From contig DATJSQ010000266.1 of NCBI GenBank assembly GCA_035503995.1, positions 1 to 45,897 on the forward strand: DNA of 45,897 bases, in the 5' to 3' direction. Source of the stretch: Verrucomicrobiia bacterium (GTDB lineage: Bacteria > Verrucomicrobiota > Verrucomicrobiia > Limisphaerales > UBA11358). Of this stretch, positions 25,729 through 35,706 are shown one piece after another (positions within the stretch are counted from its first letter, which is position 1; each line of letters starts with the position of its first letter). A program made the position numbers and the translations under genes. The notes beneath the pieces were generated by a model, which did no database searches, was not told the DNA's origin, and was given only the letters and a program-made list of their open reading frames with translations.

Positions 25729-27086
25729 ACGTGCCGAATTACTTTCTCGCCGATCTGCCGCCGGAGGCGACACTGTCGCCGGCGATGATTTCGGAGGCAT
25801 GCCAGACGCTGAAACGCAACCGCGGGCAGTATCTGGCGAACCGTTCGACGCAAAGTCTGGTGAAGTTTTTGTCTGAGCTTGCCGAGAATTGGCTGGAAGC
25901 GGGATTTCCGTTTCGGCAAATGGCCATGGAAAACGCAAGGGCCATTGGATTTTCCAAAGCGATATTGCAACGCGGCCTCGACAATTTTTTGCAGCAACTG
26001 ACCCGCGAAAATTTTCATGCCCTGCTCCATCAGGAATTTGGCGACGCCAAACGTCTTGATGAAGTTTGCGCCACCCACGGCGAGGAAAAATCGTCCCGCG
26101 CGGCAACCGCCATGGCTCCGGAATTTCTCGTTCATATCTGCCCCGGCAACATTCCCAATCCAACATTGATAAGCATCATTTTCGGTTTGCTCACGCGCTC
26201 GGCGCAATTTGTAAAATGCGCCGCGGGTGGTTCGCTGTTGCCCCGGTTGTTCGCGCATTCGATTTACGACGCCGATCGCAAACTCGGCGCGTGCCTGGAA
26301 ATCGCCGAATGGCGCGGCGGCAGCCTGGAATTGGAGAACGCCTTGTTTGCCGAGGCGGATTGTGTCACCGCGACGGGAAGTGACGAAACGCTGGATGATA
26401 TTCGGAAGCGCCTTCCCCTAAAGACCCGTTTTATCGCCCACGGCCATCGGGTGAGTTTTGGCTATGTTGCGGCGGAGGTGTTATACGGACCGCGCGCCAA
26501 AAAGGTCGTCGCCGCGGCGGCGGATGACGTGATTGCCTGGAACCAACTGGGCTGCCTTTCGCCACACGTCATTTATGTGCAACCCGGCGGCGAAATCTCC
26601 GCGGAACATTTTGCCCAATTGCTCGCCGACGAATTTGAAAAACGCGAGGCGTTCGAACCGCGCGGCGAAATCTCCGAGGAAGAATCGGCGGCGATTGCGT
26701 CGCGCCGCGGCATTTACGAGGTGCGCGCGGCGCATTCGCCGGAGCACACGCAGCATTGGTGCAGCAAGAATTCAACGGCGTGGACGGTGGTGTTTGAAGC
26801 CGACCCTCGTTTTCAGCTTTCGTGCCTCAACCGTTTTATCTACATCAAGCCGGCAGCCGATTTGAAATCCGTTTTGGAAGCATCCGATGCGGTGCGCGGA
26901 AAAGTTTCAACGGTCGGTCTTGCCGCGCCGGAGGAGAAGATTTCCGAATTGGCCCTGCCGCTGGCGCGTTGGGGCGCGACGCGGATTTGTCCGCTCGGGC
27001 AAATGCAAAACCCGCCGCTGGCCTGGCGGCATGACGGAAGGCCAGCGCTGGGCGACCTGATTACCTGGACGGATTTGGAATTATGA
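25725..27086 (+). CDS. LuxC-family acyl-CoA/acyl-protein reductase-like (aldehyde-forming) enzyme
   Basis: ICPGNIPNPTLISIIFGLLTRSAQFVKCA and the candidate catalytic Cys in AWNQLGCLSPHVIYV fit the LuxC / aldehyde-dehydrogenase-like fold. ATGA overlap with the upstream gene. Confidence 0.7.
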   Translation: MNVPNYFLADLPPEATLSPAMISEACQTLKRNRGQYLANRSTQSLVKFLSELAENWLEAGFPFRQMAMENARAIGFSKAILQRGLDNFLQQLTRENFHALLHQEFGDAKRLDEVCATHGEEKSSRAATAMAPEFLVHICPGNIPNPTLISIIFGLLTRSAQFVKCAAGGSLLPRLFAHSIYDADRKLGACLEIAEWRGGSLELENALFAEADCVTATGSDETLDDIRKRLPLKTRFIAHGHRVSFGYVAAEVLYGPRAKKVVAAAADDVIAWNQLGCLSPHVIYVQPGGEISAEHFAQLLADEFEKREAFEPRGEISEEESAAIASRRGIYEVRAAHSPEHTQHWCSKNSTAWTVVFEADPRFQLSCLNRFIYIKPAADLKSVLEASDAVRGKVSTVGLAAPEEKISELALPLARWGATRICPLGQMQNPPLAWRHDGRPALGDLITWTDLEL

Positions 27087-27445
27087 AAATGGAATTGCGA
27101 AAAGCCTTTCAATTTGAAGCGGCGCATCTCCTGCCGCTTTTGCCAAAAACGCACAAATGCCGGCGGTTGCACGGCCATAGTTTCAAAGTCGAGATTGTGG
27201 TGACCGGCCAGTGCGACCCGCGGCTCGGCTGGCTGATGGATTACGCGGACATCGCCGCCGCGTTCAAACCGGTATTGGACAAGTTGGACCATCATTACCT
27301 GAATGAAATCCCCGGTCTCGAAAACCCAACGAGCGAAGCCATTGCCGTTTGGATCTGGAAAAGATTAAAACGGAAGCTTCCCTTGCTGACGGAGGTGGTC
27401 GTGGCGGAAACATGCACGGCCCGTGCGATTTATCGCGGCGGATAA
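27083..27445 (+). CDS. queD: 6-carboxy-5,6,7,8-tetrahydropterin synthase
   Basis: 120 aa, colinear with enterobacterial QueD as I recall it: FEAAH, HKCRRLHGHSF (CxxxHGH), LDHHYLNEIPGLENPTSE and ETCTARAIYRG. ATGA overlap with the luxC-like gene. Confidence 0.92.
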   Translation: MKMELRKAFQFEAAHLLPLLPKTHKCRRLHGHSFKVEIVVTGQCDPRLGWLMDYADIAAAFKPVLDKLDHHYLNEIPGLENPTSEAIAVWIWKRLKRKLPLLTEVVVAETCTARAIYRGG

Positions 27446-27557
27446 GCCCAGCCCTGTTCCCCACCGAGGGCGGGAAATCAATCGAAACGTTTGTGCGCGG
27501 CAATTCGCCGGCGCCGCCGGCAACCCCCCGGTTCATCCGTTTGGCGGCAACCAATGT

Positions 27558-29789
27558 TTAGTTGGGAATTTTGAAGATGACCGAAATTCTTCCCGAAGCA
27601 AAAAGATTGGCCACCGCCTTCCGGTCACGGGCGATTTCCACAGTGAAATAATGCGTCGTGGGATCGTATTGCGCGCCCGTTTCCCGCCCACCCTTCAACG
27701 TTACGCCCGGCGGTGCGTCAGCGAAGCCATGTAACGTGACGGAGTCTTCATTTTTCGCCAGCGCCACGCCCACGGTCAGCGTGCCGGGTCTGTCTGTAAG
27801 CGAAGTAATCCGCTGTTTGCCGGTGCCGACAAATTTATCTTTATCGCCCAAAAAAGCGATGCCGCTTTGGCCGAGCGGCGCCACTACATAGAAGACCGCG
27901 GCATTCGCATCCAGGGGCGCGGAGAAAGATGCGCCGTCATCCACCAATTTTCCGGCGCCGGCAAAATAATCAAAAACATAAACCGGCCCTTTCAAACCCA
28001 GTTCAGCCGGTCTGAATTCAACCTGGTCCGCCGATGTGCCGGCCCGGTTGAAGGCAAAAACATATTCGGTCCTGACTCCGCCCTGCTCGGTATAAGTGCC
28101 GGCAACCAGTGGCGCATTCATATTTTGCGCGTCGGCCAGATAACTTTGGTCCAGCGGCACAATTGGCGCGTCGGGCTTAACTATGACGCCGTCGGCGCGG
28201 ACGGCGTGGAGAAGATTGCCTTTATTTTCCCTTCCCATCGCGTCGCCAATGCCGACCGGCCCCGCCGAAAGCGTCGAGAGCAAAAGGTTGTTTGTCTCGC
28301 GGCTCATATAAACATCCGCCCAGGGCCAGATGCCCATCGAGTCGGCCAGCCGCGAAGTGTAGAGAAAATTGTTCCACTTTTCCCGATTGAACCGGTCGTC
28401 GCTGGTCCGAATGGACGTCAAATTATCATAGCGGCTGCCCTGGAGAAAGAAGCAAGGCAATGGCATGCAATATTGAAGGGTGATTTCCCGCCGGGCGCAG
28501 GCGCGGGACATGTCATTGAGAAAATCCTCGCCTGTGTCCAGATTGGTGCTGAAGGCCGGTGAGTATTCGTAGATGCGGTCCAGCCAATCCTGTTCATACG
28601 TCACGACGCCGGACGTTTTGAGGTAATCGGCAATCATTTTCCACCATTTGGGGTCCACCGCCGCGACACCGGATATTTGATAATGCTGGTGATAGGGACT
28701 GGCCGGGTCTATCCAGCGATTGTGTGTGACCAGCGGCAAATCAATAGTTTTCTGAAAACTGGCCAGGCCGTTCGGAAAGAGATCAGGATGAGCCTTATAT
28801 TCCAGCAAACCGCCGTAACGATTCCATTCGCCAGCGGGCAGCTTTTCCGATTTTTTCTGCGCGCCAGGCGTCCCGTCAGGGTTGGTGGTGGTTTTGTAAT
28901 ACCACCATGAATCCAGTTGCAGATAATGAATCGGAATTTGCTCCCGCCGGTAACGGTTCACCAACTCTTCGAGAGTGCCGGCGTAACCTTTCGTCAAATC
29001 GTAGTTGTAGTAATAATACGCCCCGTTGTCCGTCCAATAGCCGAGGTATTTCAGGACGGTATCAGCCTCATTGGACGGGCGTTTGGCATGTTCCAATTGG
29101 CGCAAAGCGTGGCCCCACCGGTCCCAGGTATTGTTGACGCCCTGGCCAAAGGCCACCAGCGTTTGCTGGGTGAATCCGGCCGGCAAATTCCGCAAACCGG
29201 AATTGAATCCACTGGCCACTTCCGTATGACCGTCGCCCATCATGCTGGCCACCATGAAATGCGACGCGGGCGAAATGATGAAAGCGTTGGCGTGATCATC
29301 GAACAACAGCCAGGGCGTCGAAGTGTCGTTGGCGTCAAAACGGGGCGGAGCAAACGTGCTGCGCTGATAGCTGAAAATGTGAAGCGACCCGGGCAATTTC
29401 GTAAACGCCGGAAAAGGCGCCGGAGGCGTATCGGATGCCACGCCGCAGGTTTGCGAAAAGAGCGCGACGGGCCTGCCATCATAGATGCGAATCCACCCGC
29501 TCATCGGCGTTTGCGCGCCCTGCCATTGAAACGAAATTTGCTGATAGCCGCCCAGGGCGTCAGCGCCGTGGTTGGTCGTGATATTTTTCAGTGCGGCGGC
29601 CAGGCCACCGCCAAACGTCCAGGACGGATTTTGCGAACTGATTTCGTAATCTCCACCGGAGGCGTCCATTTGCACCGATAATTCACCCGCGGCGATTCTC
29701 GCAGCCGCCGCGGCGCGGCCCGATGAAATTGAAATAAACAGGGTGGCAAACAACAGGAGGCGAACAACTTTCGGAAATAACGGCTGCAT
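27558..29789 (-). CDS. Secreted 743-aa protein, putative (beta/alpha)8 glycoside hydrolase of unassigned family
   Basis: Signal peptide MQPLFPKVVRLLLFATLFISISSGRAAA. YLGYWTDNGAYYYYNYD, IHYLQLDSWWY and VTYEQDWL resemble the xxDDxW and KxDxx motifs of alpha-galactosidase-like TIM barrels. The C-terminal part is beta-rich. Confidence 0.45.
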   Translation of the reverse strand: MQPLFPKVVRLLLFATLFISISSGRAAAAARIAAGELSVQMDASGGDYEISSQNPSWTFGGGLAAALKNITTNHGADALGGYQQISFQWQGAQTPMSGWIRIYDGRPVALFSQTCGVASDTPPAPFPAFTKLPGSLHIFSYQRSTFAPPRFDANDTSTPWLLFDDHANAFIISPASHFMVASMMGDGHTEVASGFNSGLRNLPAGFTQQTLVAFGQGVNNTWDRWGHALRQLEHAKRPSNEADTVLKYLGYWTDNGAYYYYNYDLTKGYAGTLEELVNRYRREQIPIHYLQLDSWWYYKTTTNPDGTPGAQKKSEKLPAGEWNRYGGLLEYKAHPDLFPNGLASFQKTIDLPLVTHNRWIDPASPYHQHYQISGVAAVDPKWWKMIADYLKTSGVVTYEQDWLDRIYEYSPAFSTNLDTGEDFLNDMSRACARREITLQYCMPLPCFFLQGSRYDNLTSIRTSDDRFNREKWNNFLYTSRLADSMGIWPWADVYMSRETNNLLLSTLSAGPVGIGDAMGRENKGNLLHAVRADGVIVKPDAPIVPLDQSYLADAQNMNAPLVAGTYTEQGGVRTEYVFAFNRAGTSADQVEFRPAELGLKGPVYVFDYFAGAGKLVDDGASFSAPLDANAAVFYVVAPLGQSGIAFLGDKDKFVGTGKQRITSLTDRPGTLTVGVALAKNEDSVTLHGFADAPPGVTLKGGRETGAQYDPTTHYFTVEIARDRKAVANLFASGRISVIFKIPN

Positions 29790-30022
29790 GATGAATTCTG
29801 TTCAGATGAGCCGTTCAATTCAATTGATTTTTTCACTTCAAGCCCGTGAGTTGTATTCCGTCGCGAAGCGACCCCGGACATTAACCAGACACGAAGCGCC
29901 TGATGATACCCGCAAACAGGGTCCGTTTTGAGGGAACGGAGGAAGACCCCCCTTCTTCGCGAATTTTTCCGCCGGTCGCTTCGGCGAAAAATCCAGTTCT
30001 CCATCGCTCCGCCACTCCGTCT

Positions 30023-32521
30023 TTACGCCGCCTCTTTCATCTCCGCTTTTTCGACTTGCGCGGCGCTGGGCTTGTCCACCGGAATGCGCATTGAGTAAAA
30101 TGAGCGGTACACAAACGTCAACCCTAACAGGAAGAACACCGCACCGATGCCCCGCTTGAGTTCATGATTCGTCATCGTCACGGCGATCTCCGCCGCCAGC
30201 AATCCAAACAGCGTCGTGAACTTGATGATCGGGTTCATCGCCACGGATGACGTGTCTTTGAACGGATCGCCCACGGTGTCGCCCACGACGGTCGCGGCGT
30301 GGAGTTCGGTCCCCTTCTGTTTCAATTCCACTTCGACAATTTTCTTGGCGTTGTCCCATGCGCCGCCGGCGTTGGCCATGAAAATGGCCTGGAACAAGCC
30401 AAAGAAAGCAATGCCGACCAGGTAGCCGACGAAGAAGTAAGGATTGAAAAACGCGAATGCCAGCGCGAAGGAAAAGACCACGATAAAAATGTTAATCATG
30501 CCTTTCTGCGCGTAGATGGTGCAGATTTCGACCACCTTCTTGCTGTCCGAAATCGAGGCTTCCGCCTTGTTGAGGTTAAGGTGTTCCTTGATATAAACCA
30601 CCGCGCGGTATGCGCCCGTGGCCACCGCTTGCGTGCTCGCGCCGGTGAACCAATAAATTACCGCGCCGCCCGTAAGCAAGCCGAGGATGACCTGCGGTCG
30701 GACCAGACTCAACATCGCAATAATGCTGAAGTTAGGGTCTTTCTGGATGCCGATGTTTTGCAGCAACATGATAATGCCAAAAATCATCGTCGTCGCCCCC
30801 ACCACCGCCGTGCCAATCAACACGGGCTTGGCCGTGGCCTTGAAGGTGTTGCCCGCGCCGTCGCCTTTTTCCAATTCGAATTTCGAATTCTCGAAGTCCG
30901 GTTTGAACCCAAAATCCTTCTCAATTTGCTCCCGCACATTCGGCACTGCTTCGATGCGGCTTAATTCATAAATGGACTGCGCGTTGTCGGTAACGGGACC
31001 AAAACTGTCCACCGCGATAATCACCGGCGCCATCGCCAAAAACCCGAACGCCACAAGGCCGAATGCAAAGATTGGCCCGGCGAATTTGAATTGCGCGGGC
31101 ATCAACACCTGCAGCGCCGGGTTTTGCGAAAGTTCGTAGGCACAGGACATGAGGGTGATGATGACCAGACCCATCCAGAACGCGCAAAAGTTGCCGGCCA
31201 CAAAACCTGAAAGAATGTTTAGTGACGCGCCGCCCTGCCCCGAGGCGGTCGTGATTTCACGCACGTGCCGCGATTTGGTGCTCACAAAAATTTTCGTGAA
31301 TTCCATAATCAGCGGCCCGGCAAGTGTGCCGCAAGAGATAATGGCCGCCAGCACCCACCACAGGTTCGGGTCGGCCTGGCCGTTGGCGTCGCTAAAATCC
31401 CCAATTAGGAAATTGCTGGCGACAAACGTGGCAATGATGGAAACAATCGAAGTCAGCCACACGAGATTGGTCAGTGGCTGCTCCCAATTGAAATCCTTTT
31501 TGTTGTTGTAGAGCGAAACGCTGACGGCCTTGTTGACATAAAACGAACCCAGCGACGCCAGCACCATAAGGCTTTGAATCGCGAAAATCCACACGATCAG
31601 CTTGGCGCCGATAGCCGGCGCCGCCGCCAACGAGAGGCACAGGAAGGCAATCAACGCCACACCCGTCACGCCGTAGGTCTCAAAACCGTCCGCCGTCGGT
31701 CCCACCGAGTCGCCAGCGTTGTCACCGGTGCAGTCCGCGATCACGCCCGGATTCTTCGGATCATCTTCCGGCAGATTGAACACAATCTTCATCAAGTCCG
31801 ACCCGATGTCGGCAATCTTGGTGAAGATTCCGCCGCCGATGCGCAACGCCGCCGCGCCGAGAGATTCGCCGATGGCAAATCCAATGAAGCACGCCCCCGC
31901 CAAGGTCGGCGGCATGAACAGCAAAATGCCGATCATGCAAACCAATTCCACGCAAACCAGCAACAGCCCGATGCTCATTCCCGAACGCAACGGGATAAAT
32001 AGCGTTTGCAACGAGTTGCCTTTCAGCGACGCGAAAGCCGCGCGGCTGTTGGCATACGTGTTGATTCGGATGCCGAACCACGCCACGCCGTAACTGCCGA
32101 GGATGCCCAGCACCGAACACGCCAGGATCACTCCCACCTCGCCGGGGGTCTTGCCCCCCAAACCGTAAAAGTAATAGATAATGCACAGCGCAATCATCGC
32201 CCAGAGCAACACCAGAAATTTCCCTTGTTGCCCAAGGTAGGTCTTGCACGTCTCCCATATCATGTGCGACACGTCGCTCATCGCCTTGTGGACGGGCAAC
32301 GCGCGGCAACGGACAAATTCCCAGAAGCCGAACAGCGCGCCGATGACGCAGCAAGCCAGTCCCAAATACAACAGCGTGGGTCCGCTCATGGCTCCGTTGA
32401 AGAACGTCACGCCCTTCAAGTTGGGCAGGTTGATGTCCGCGTCGCCGGCGAAAGCGTTGCCGGCGCCAAATAATACGGCCAGCCCGGCACCCATGCGGAG
32501 GAGAGATTTGCTTTTTATCAT
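30023..32521 (-). CDS. hppA: Membrane-bound proton-translocating pyrophosphatase
   Basis: DCTGDNAGDSVGPTADGFETY, AGNTFKATAKP and VGDTVGDPFKDTSSVAMN motifs; about 16 TM segments. Start taken at MIKSKSLL (32521). Confidence 0.92.
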   Translation of the reverse strand: MIKSKSLLRMGAGLAVLFGAGNAFAGDADINLPNLKGVTFFNGAMSGPTLLYLGLACCVIGALFGFWEFVRCRALPVHKAMSDVSHMIWETCKTYLGQQGKFLVLLWAMIALCIIYYFYGLGGKTPGEVGVILACSVLGILGSYGVAWFGIRINTYANSRAAFASLKGNSLQTLFIPLRSGMSIGLLLVCVELVCMIGILLFMPPTLAGACFIGFAIGESLGAAALRIGGGIFTKIADIGSDLMKIVFNLPEDDPKNPGVIADCTGDNAGDSVGPTADGFETYGVTGVALIAFLCLSLAAAPAIGAKLIVWIFAIQSLMVLASLGSFYVNKAVSVSLYNNKKDFNWEQPLTNLVWLTSIVSIIATFVASNFLIGDFSDANGQADPNLWWVLAAIISCGTLAGPLIMEFTKIFVSTKSRHVREITTASGQGGASLNILSGFVAGNFCAFWMGLVIITLMSCAYELSQNPALQVLMPAQFKFAGPIFAFGLVAFGFLAMAPVIIAVDSFGPVTDNAQSIYELSRIEAVPNVREQIEKDFGFKPDFENSKFELEKGDGAGNTFKATAKPVLIGTAVVGATTMIFGIIMLLQNIGIQKDPNFSIIAMLSLVRPQVILGLLTGGAVIYWFTGASTQAVATGAYRAVVYIKEHLNLNKAEASISDSKKVVEICTIYAQKGMINIFIVVFSFALAFAFFNPYFFVGYLVGIAFFGLFQAIFMANAGGAWDNAKKIVEVELKQKGTELHAATVVGDTVGDPFKDTSSVAMNPIIKFTTLFGLLAAEIAVTMTNHELKRGIGAVFFLLGLTFVYRSFYSMRIPVDKPSAAQVEKAEMKEAA

Positions 32522-32613
32522 AGATTGATTGTGTTGGTTGAATGGCGTTTGTTCGATTGTCTTGCCTGTGCCCCAGAGAGGGGAACGCACCCAAGGGCGC
32601 GTCCCCCGCCCGC

Positions 32614-35343
32614 TTATTTTTTAATGTCCTCCAGCGCAGCCTGCGCGGCAGCCAAGCGCGCCACGGGCACGCGGAAAGGCGAGCAGCTTACGTACGTTAA
32701 TCCGAGCTGGTGGCAGAATTTCACCGAATTCGGGTCGCCACCGTGCTCGCCGCAAATACCCATCTTGATGTTGGGCCGCGTCTTGCGTCCCAGTTCCGCG
32801 GCGATCTGCATCAACTTGCCCACGCCAGTCTGGTCAATTGTGGCAAACGGGTTTGCCTTGACGATTTCCAGTTCCGTGTAAGGCGGCAGGAAACTACCTG
32901 AATCGTCCCGGCTCATCCCCAGGCAGGTCTGCGTCAAATCATTCGTGCCAAAGCTGAAAAACTCGGCTGTCTGCGCGATCTCATCCGCCGTCAGCGCGCC
33001 GCGCGGAATCTCAATCATCGTGCCCACAAGGTAGGTGAGTTTCACCTTCTTTTCCTTCATGACTTCCTGCGCCACGCGATGGACGACCTCCACCTGCAGG
33101 TCTAATTCCTTCTTGAAACCGACGAGCGGAATCATCACTTCGGGCTTCACCTTGATGCCTTCGCTCTGGACGTTGGCCGCCGCTTCAAAAATGGCGCGCG
33201 CCTGCATCTCTGAAATTTCCGAATAAACGATCCCCAGGCGGCACCCGCGGAAACCCAACATTGGATTGAACTCGTGCAATTCCTTCACCCGCAGTTTGAT
33301 TTTTTCGACCGGCACATTCATTTTCGCGGCCAGATCCTGTTGCGCTTTGTCTTCGTGCGGCAGGAATTCATGCAGCGGCGGATCCAGGAACCGGATGGTC
33401 GCCGGCAACCCCTTCAACGCGCGGAAGATGCCTTCAAAATCGCCGCGCTGATAGGGCAACAATTTGGCCAGGGCAATTTTTCGCTCCTCCAAGTTGTTGG
33501 CCAGAATCATCTCGCGCATGGCGTCAATACGATTGCCTTCGAAAAACATGTGCTCGGTGCGGCACAGGCCGATTCCCGAGGCGCCAAACGCCAGGGCGTT
33601 CTTCGTCTGGTCCGGCGTGTCGGCATTGGTGCGCACCTGCAACCGGGTGGCCTTGGCGCACCAATCCATCAGCTTTTTGAACATCTCATACGTGGGGCTC
33701 TCCCTCCCATCCAGCGATTTCTCGACCAAGACTTGAACCACTTCCGACGCCGCCGTCTGCAAACGGCCCGGATAAACCTCCCCGGCCGTCCCGCTGATCG
33801 AGAGAAAGTCGCCTTCGTTAAACTTGTCGCCATTCACGGCCAGTGTCTTGGCGGTGTAATCAATGTTCAATGCCCCCGCGCCGCAGACACAGACCTTGCC
33901 CATTTGACGGGCCACGAGCGCGGCGTGCGAACTAACGCCGCCTTTGGCCGTGAGAATGCCTTCCGCGGCAATCATCCCGCGCAAATCTTCCGGGGTGGTT
34001 TCATTACGGACGAGCAGCACCTTTTCGCCCTTGGCGGCCGCAGCCACCGCGCGGTCGGCATTCAAATAAATTTTTCCGCAAGCGGCACCCGGGCCGGCCG
34101 GCAGCCCTTTGGCAATGACTTTGGCCGCTTTAACGGCTTTGCGGTCAAACACCGGCGCCAGCACCTGTTCCAGTTGGTCCGCCGGAACACGTTTGACCGC
34201 CGTCTTCCAATCAATCAATTTTTCCTTTTCCATTTCGATGGCGAAACGGACGGCGGCGAGGCCCGTGCGCTTGCCGTTGCGCGTTTGCAACATGAAGACC
34301 TGCCCTTCCTGGATCGTGAACTCAAAATCCTGCACATCTTTGAAGTGCGATTCCAATGTCTTGCGGATGTTTTCCAGTTCCGCAAACGCGGCGGGCAGAT
34401 GATTTTTCAATTGCGCCACCGGTTCGGGGGTGCGGATGCCGGCGACGACATCTTCGCCCTGCGCGTTGATGAGAAATTCGCCGTAGAAAACCTTTTCGCC
34501 GGTCGCCGGGTCCCGGGTGAACGCCACGCCCGAACCGGATTTTTCGCCTGTATTGCCATAAACCATCGCCTGCACATTGACCGCCGTTCCCCATTCGCTT
34601 GGAATATTGTATTTGCGGCGATACACGATGGCGCGGTCATTCATCCACGAGCCGAACACGGCGCCGATGGCCCCCCAAAGTTGCTCCCTCGGATTCTGCG
34701 GGAACTCACTGTTGGTCCGTTGTTTGATGAGATTCTTGAACCGGGCAACCAATTCCTTCAAATCCGCGACATTCAGCTTGGTGTCCTCGATGTCGTCGTG
34801 ATAACGCTCGTGTTTGAGGCTGTGGATGACTACTTCAAACGGCTCGTGATCTTCGTCGGCGGCCTTTTGCACGCCCATCACCACGTCGCCATACATCTGA
34901 ACGAACCGGCGATAGCAATCCCACGCAAACCGCTCATTATTAGTCGCTTTGACGAGCGCCAGAACGGTTTCATCGTTCAAACCCAGGTTCAAAATCGTGT
35001 CCATCATTCCCGGCATTGAATCCCGCGCGCCCGATCGGACAGACACCAGCAGCGGCATGGCGGTTTGGTCGCCGAATTTGGTTCCCATAACCTTTTCGAT
35101 GAATTTGATTCCCTCGTCCACGCGGCCGGACAGGGTTTTGGGATAAGAACGTTTATTCGCATAATAATGCGTGCAAACCTCGGTGGTGATGGTGAATCCC
35201 GGGGGAACAGGAAGGCCGATGCGGGCCATTTCAGCGAGGTTGGCGCCTTTGCCACCGAGAAGCGGCTTCATTGAGCCGTTGCCGTCGGCCTTTTTATTGC
35301 CGAATAAATAGACGAATTTTGAGGAATTTGGTGTTTTAGCCAT
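32614..35343 (-). CDS. ppdK: Pyruvate, phosphate dikinase
   Basis: 909 aa. [10 protein letters not shown], the phospho-His loop [33 protein letters not shown] and ICGEHGGDP motifs. Confidence 0.95.
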   Translation of the reverse strand: MAKTPNSSKFVYLFGNKKADGNGSMKPLLGGKGANLAEMARIGLPVPPGFTITTEVCTHYYANKRSYPKTLSGRVDEGIKFIEKVMGTKFGDQTAMPLLVSVRSGARDSMPGMMDTILNLGLNDETVLALVKATNNERFAWDCYRRFVQMYGDVVMGVQKAADEDHEPFEVVIHSLKHERYHDDIEDTKLNVADLKELVARFKNLIKQRTNSEFPQNPREQLWGAIGAVFGSWMNDRAIVYRRKYNIPSEWGTAVNVQAMVYGNTGEKSGSGVAFTRDPATGEKVFYGEFLINAQGEDVVAGIRTPEPVAQLKNHLPAAFAELENIRKTLESHFKDVQDFEFTIQEGQVFMLQTRNGKRTGLAAVRFAIEMEKEKLIDWKTAVKRVPADQLEQVLAPVFDRKAVKAAKVIAKGLPAGPGAACGKIYLNADRAVAAAAKGEKVLLVRNETTPEDLRGMIAAEGILTAKGGVSSHAALVARQMGKVCVCGAGALNIDYTAKTLAVNGDKFNEGDFLSISGTAGEVYPGRLQTAASEVVQVLVEKSLDGRESPTYEMFKKLMDWCAKATRLQVRTNADTPDQTKNALAFGASGIGLCRTEHMFFEGNRIDAMREMILANNLEERKIALAKLLPYQRGDFEGIFRALKGLPATIRFLDPPLHEFLPHEDKAQQDLAAKMNVPVEKIKLRVKELHEFNPMLGFRGCRLGIVYSEISEMQARAIFEAAANVQSEGIKVKPEVMIPLVGFKKELDLQVEVVHRVAQEVMKEKKVKLTYLVGTMIEIPRGALTADEIAQTAEFFSFGTNDLTQTCLGMSRDDSGSFLPPYTELEIVKANPFATIDQTGVGKLMQIAAELGRKTRPNIKMGICGEHGGDPNSVKFCHQLGLTYVSCSPFRVPVARLAAAQAALEDIKK

Positions 35344-35599
35344 AAAATTAGTTGGTGTTTGCTATGTTCGCGAAAGAAGTTTGGTTCAAGACGGCAACTG
35401 GCTCCTCACCTCCTTTGGCGAATACTTCGCATTTTTTGGCCACCCCCGAACCGTGTCCCGGGGCGCGGGTCTGTGACCCGCAGCCCCTTTGCCCGGTAAA
35501 AGCATATGAATCAAGGTTCCACGATGTTTTTATTGGGTTGGACGAGTGAGTCGCGGAGCGAGCAGCGAAATTTAGCCGGGAACAACGTCCCGGGTAAAT

Positions 35600-35630
35600 G
35601 CCCTGTAGAGACGACCGTCTCCGGCAGGGC
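35600..35630 (-). terminator. Possible stem-loop terminator downstream of the GH31 gene
   Basis: On the minus strand: GCCCTGccGGAGACGgtCGTCTCtaCAGGGC followed by ATTTA. A second hairpin, CCGGGAcgttgtTCCCGG, follows. Neither has a clean U-tract. Confidence 0.3.
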
Positions 35631-35706
35631 GATGGAAAAGACTCAATCGGCAAGCATCCCACCCTCCCGCGCAGGCACGAAACCGGATGAAGACCGCAGG
35701 GAATGA

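Noticed and set aside
29961-29995. Palindrome TTTTTCCGCCGGTCGCTTCGGCGAAAAA downstream of hppA, considered as a terminator
   Set aside because: On either strand the T-run precedes the stem and the A-run follows it, so no U-tract follows the hairpin. It is not a canonical intrinsic terminator.
33274-35019. 581-aa ORF on the + strand, antisense to ppdK
   Set aside because: It lies wholly inside a gene with unmistakable PPDK motifs along its full length. The antisense translation is Arg/Gly/His/Phe-rich low-information sequence with no motifs. Long antisense ORFs are expected when the sense strand has GC-rich third positions.
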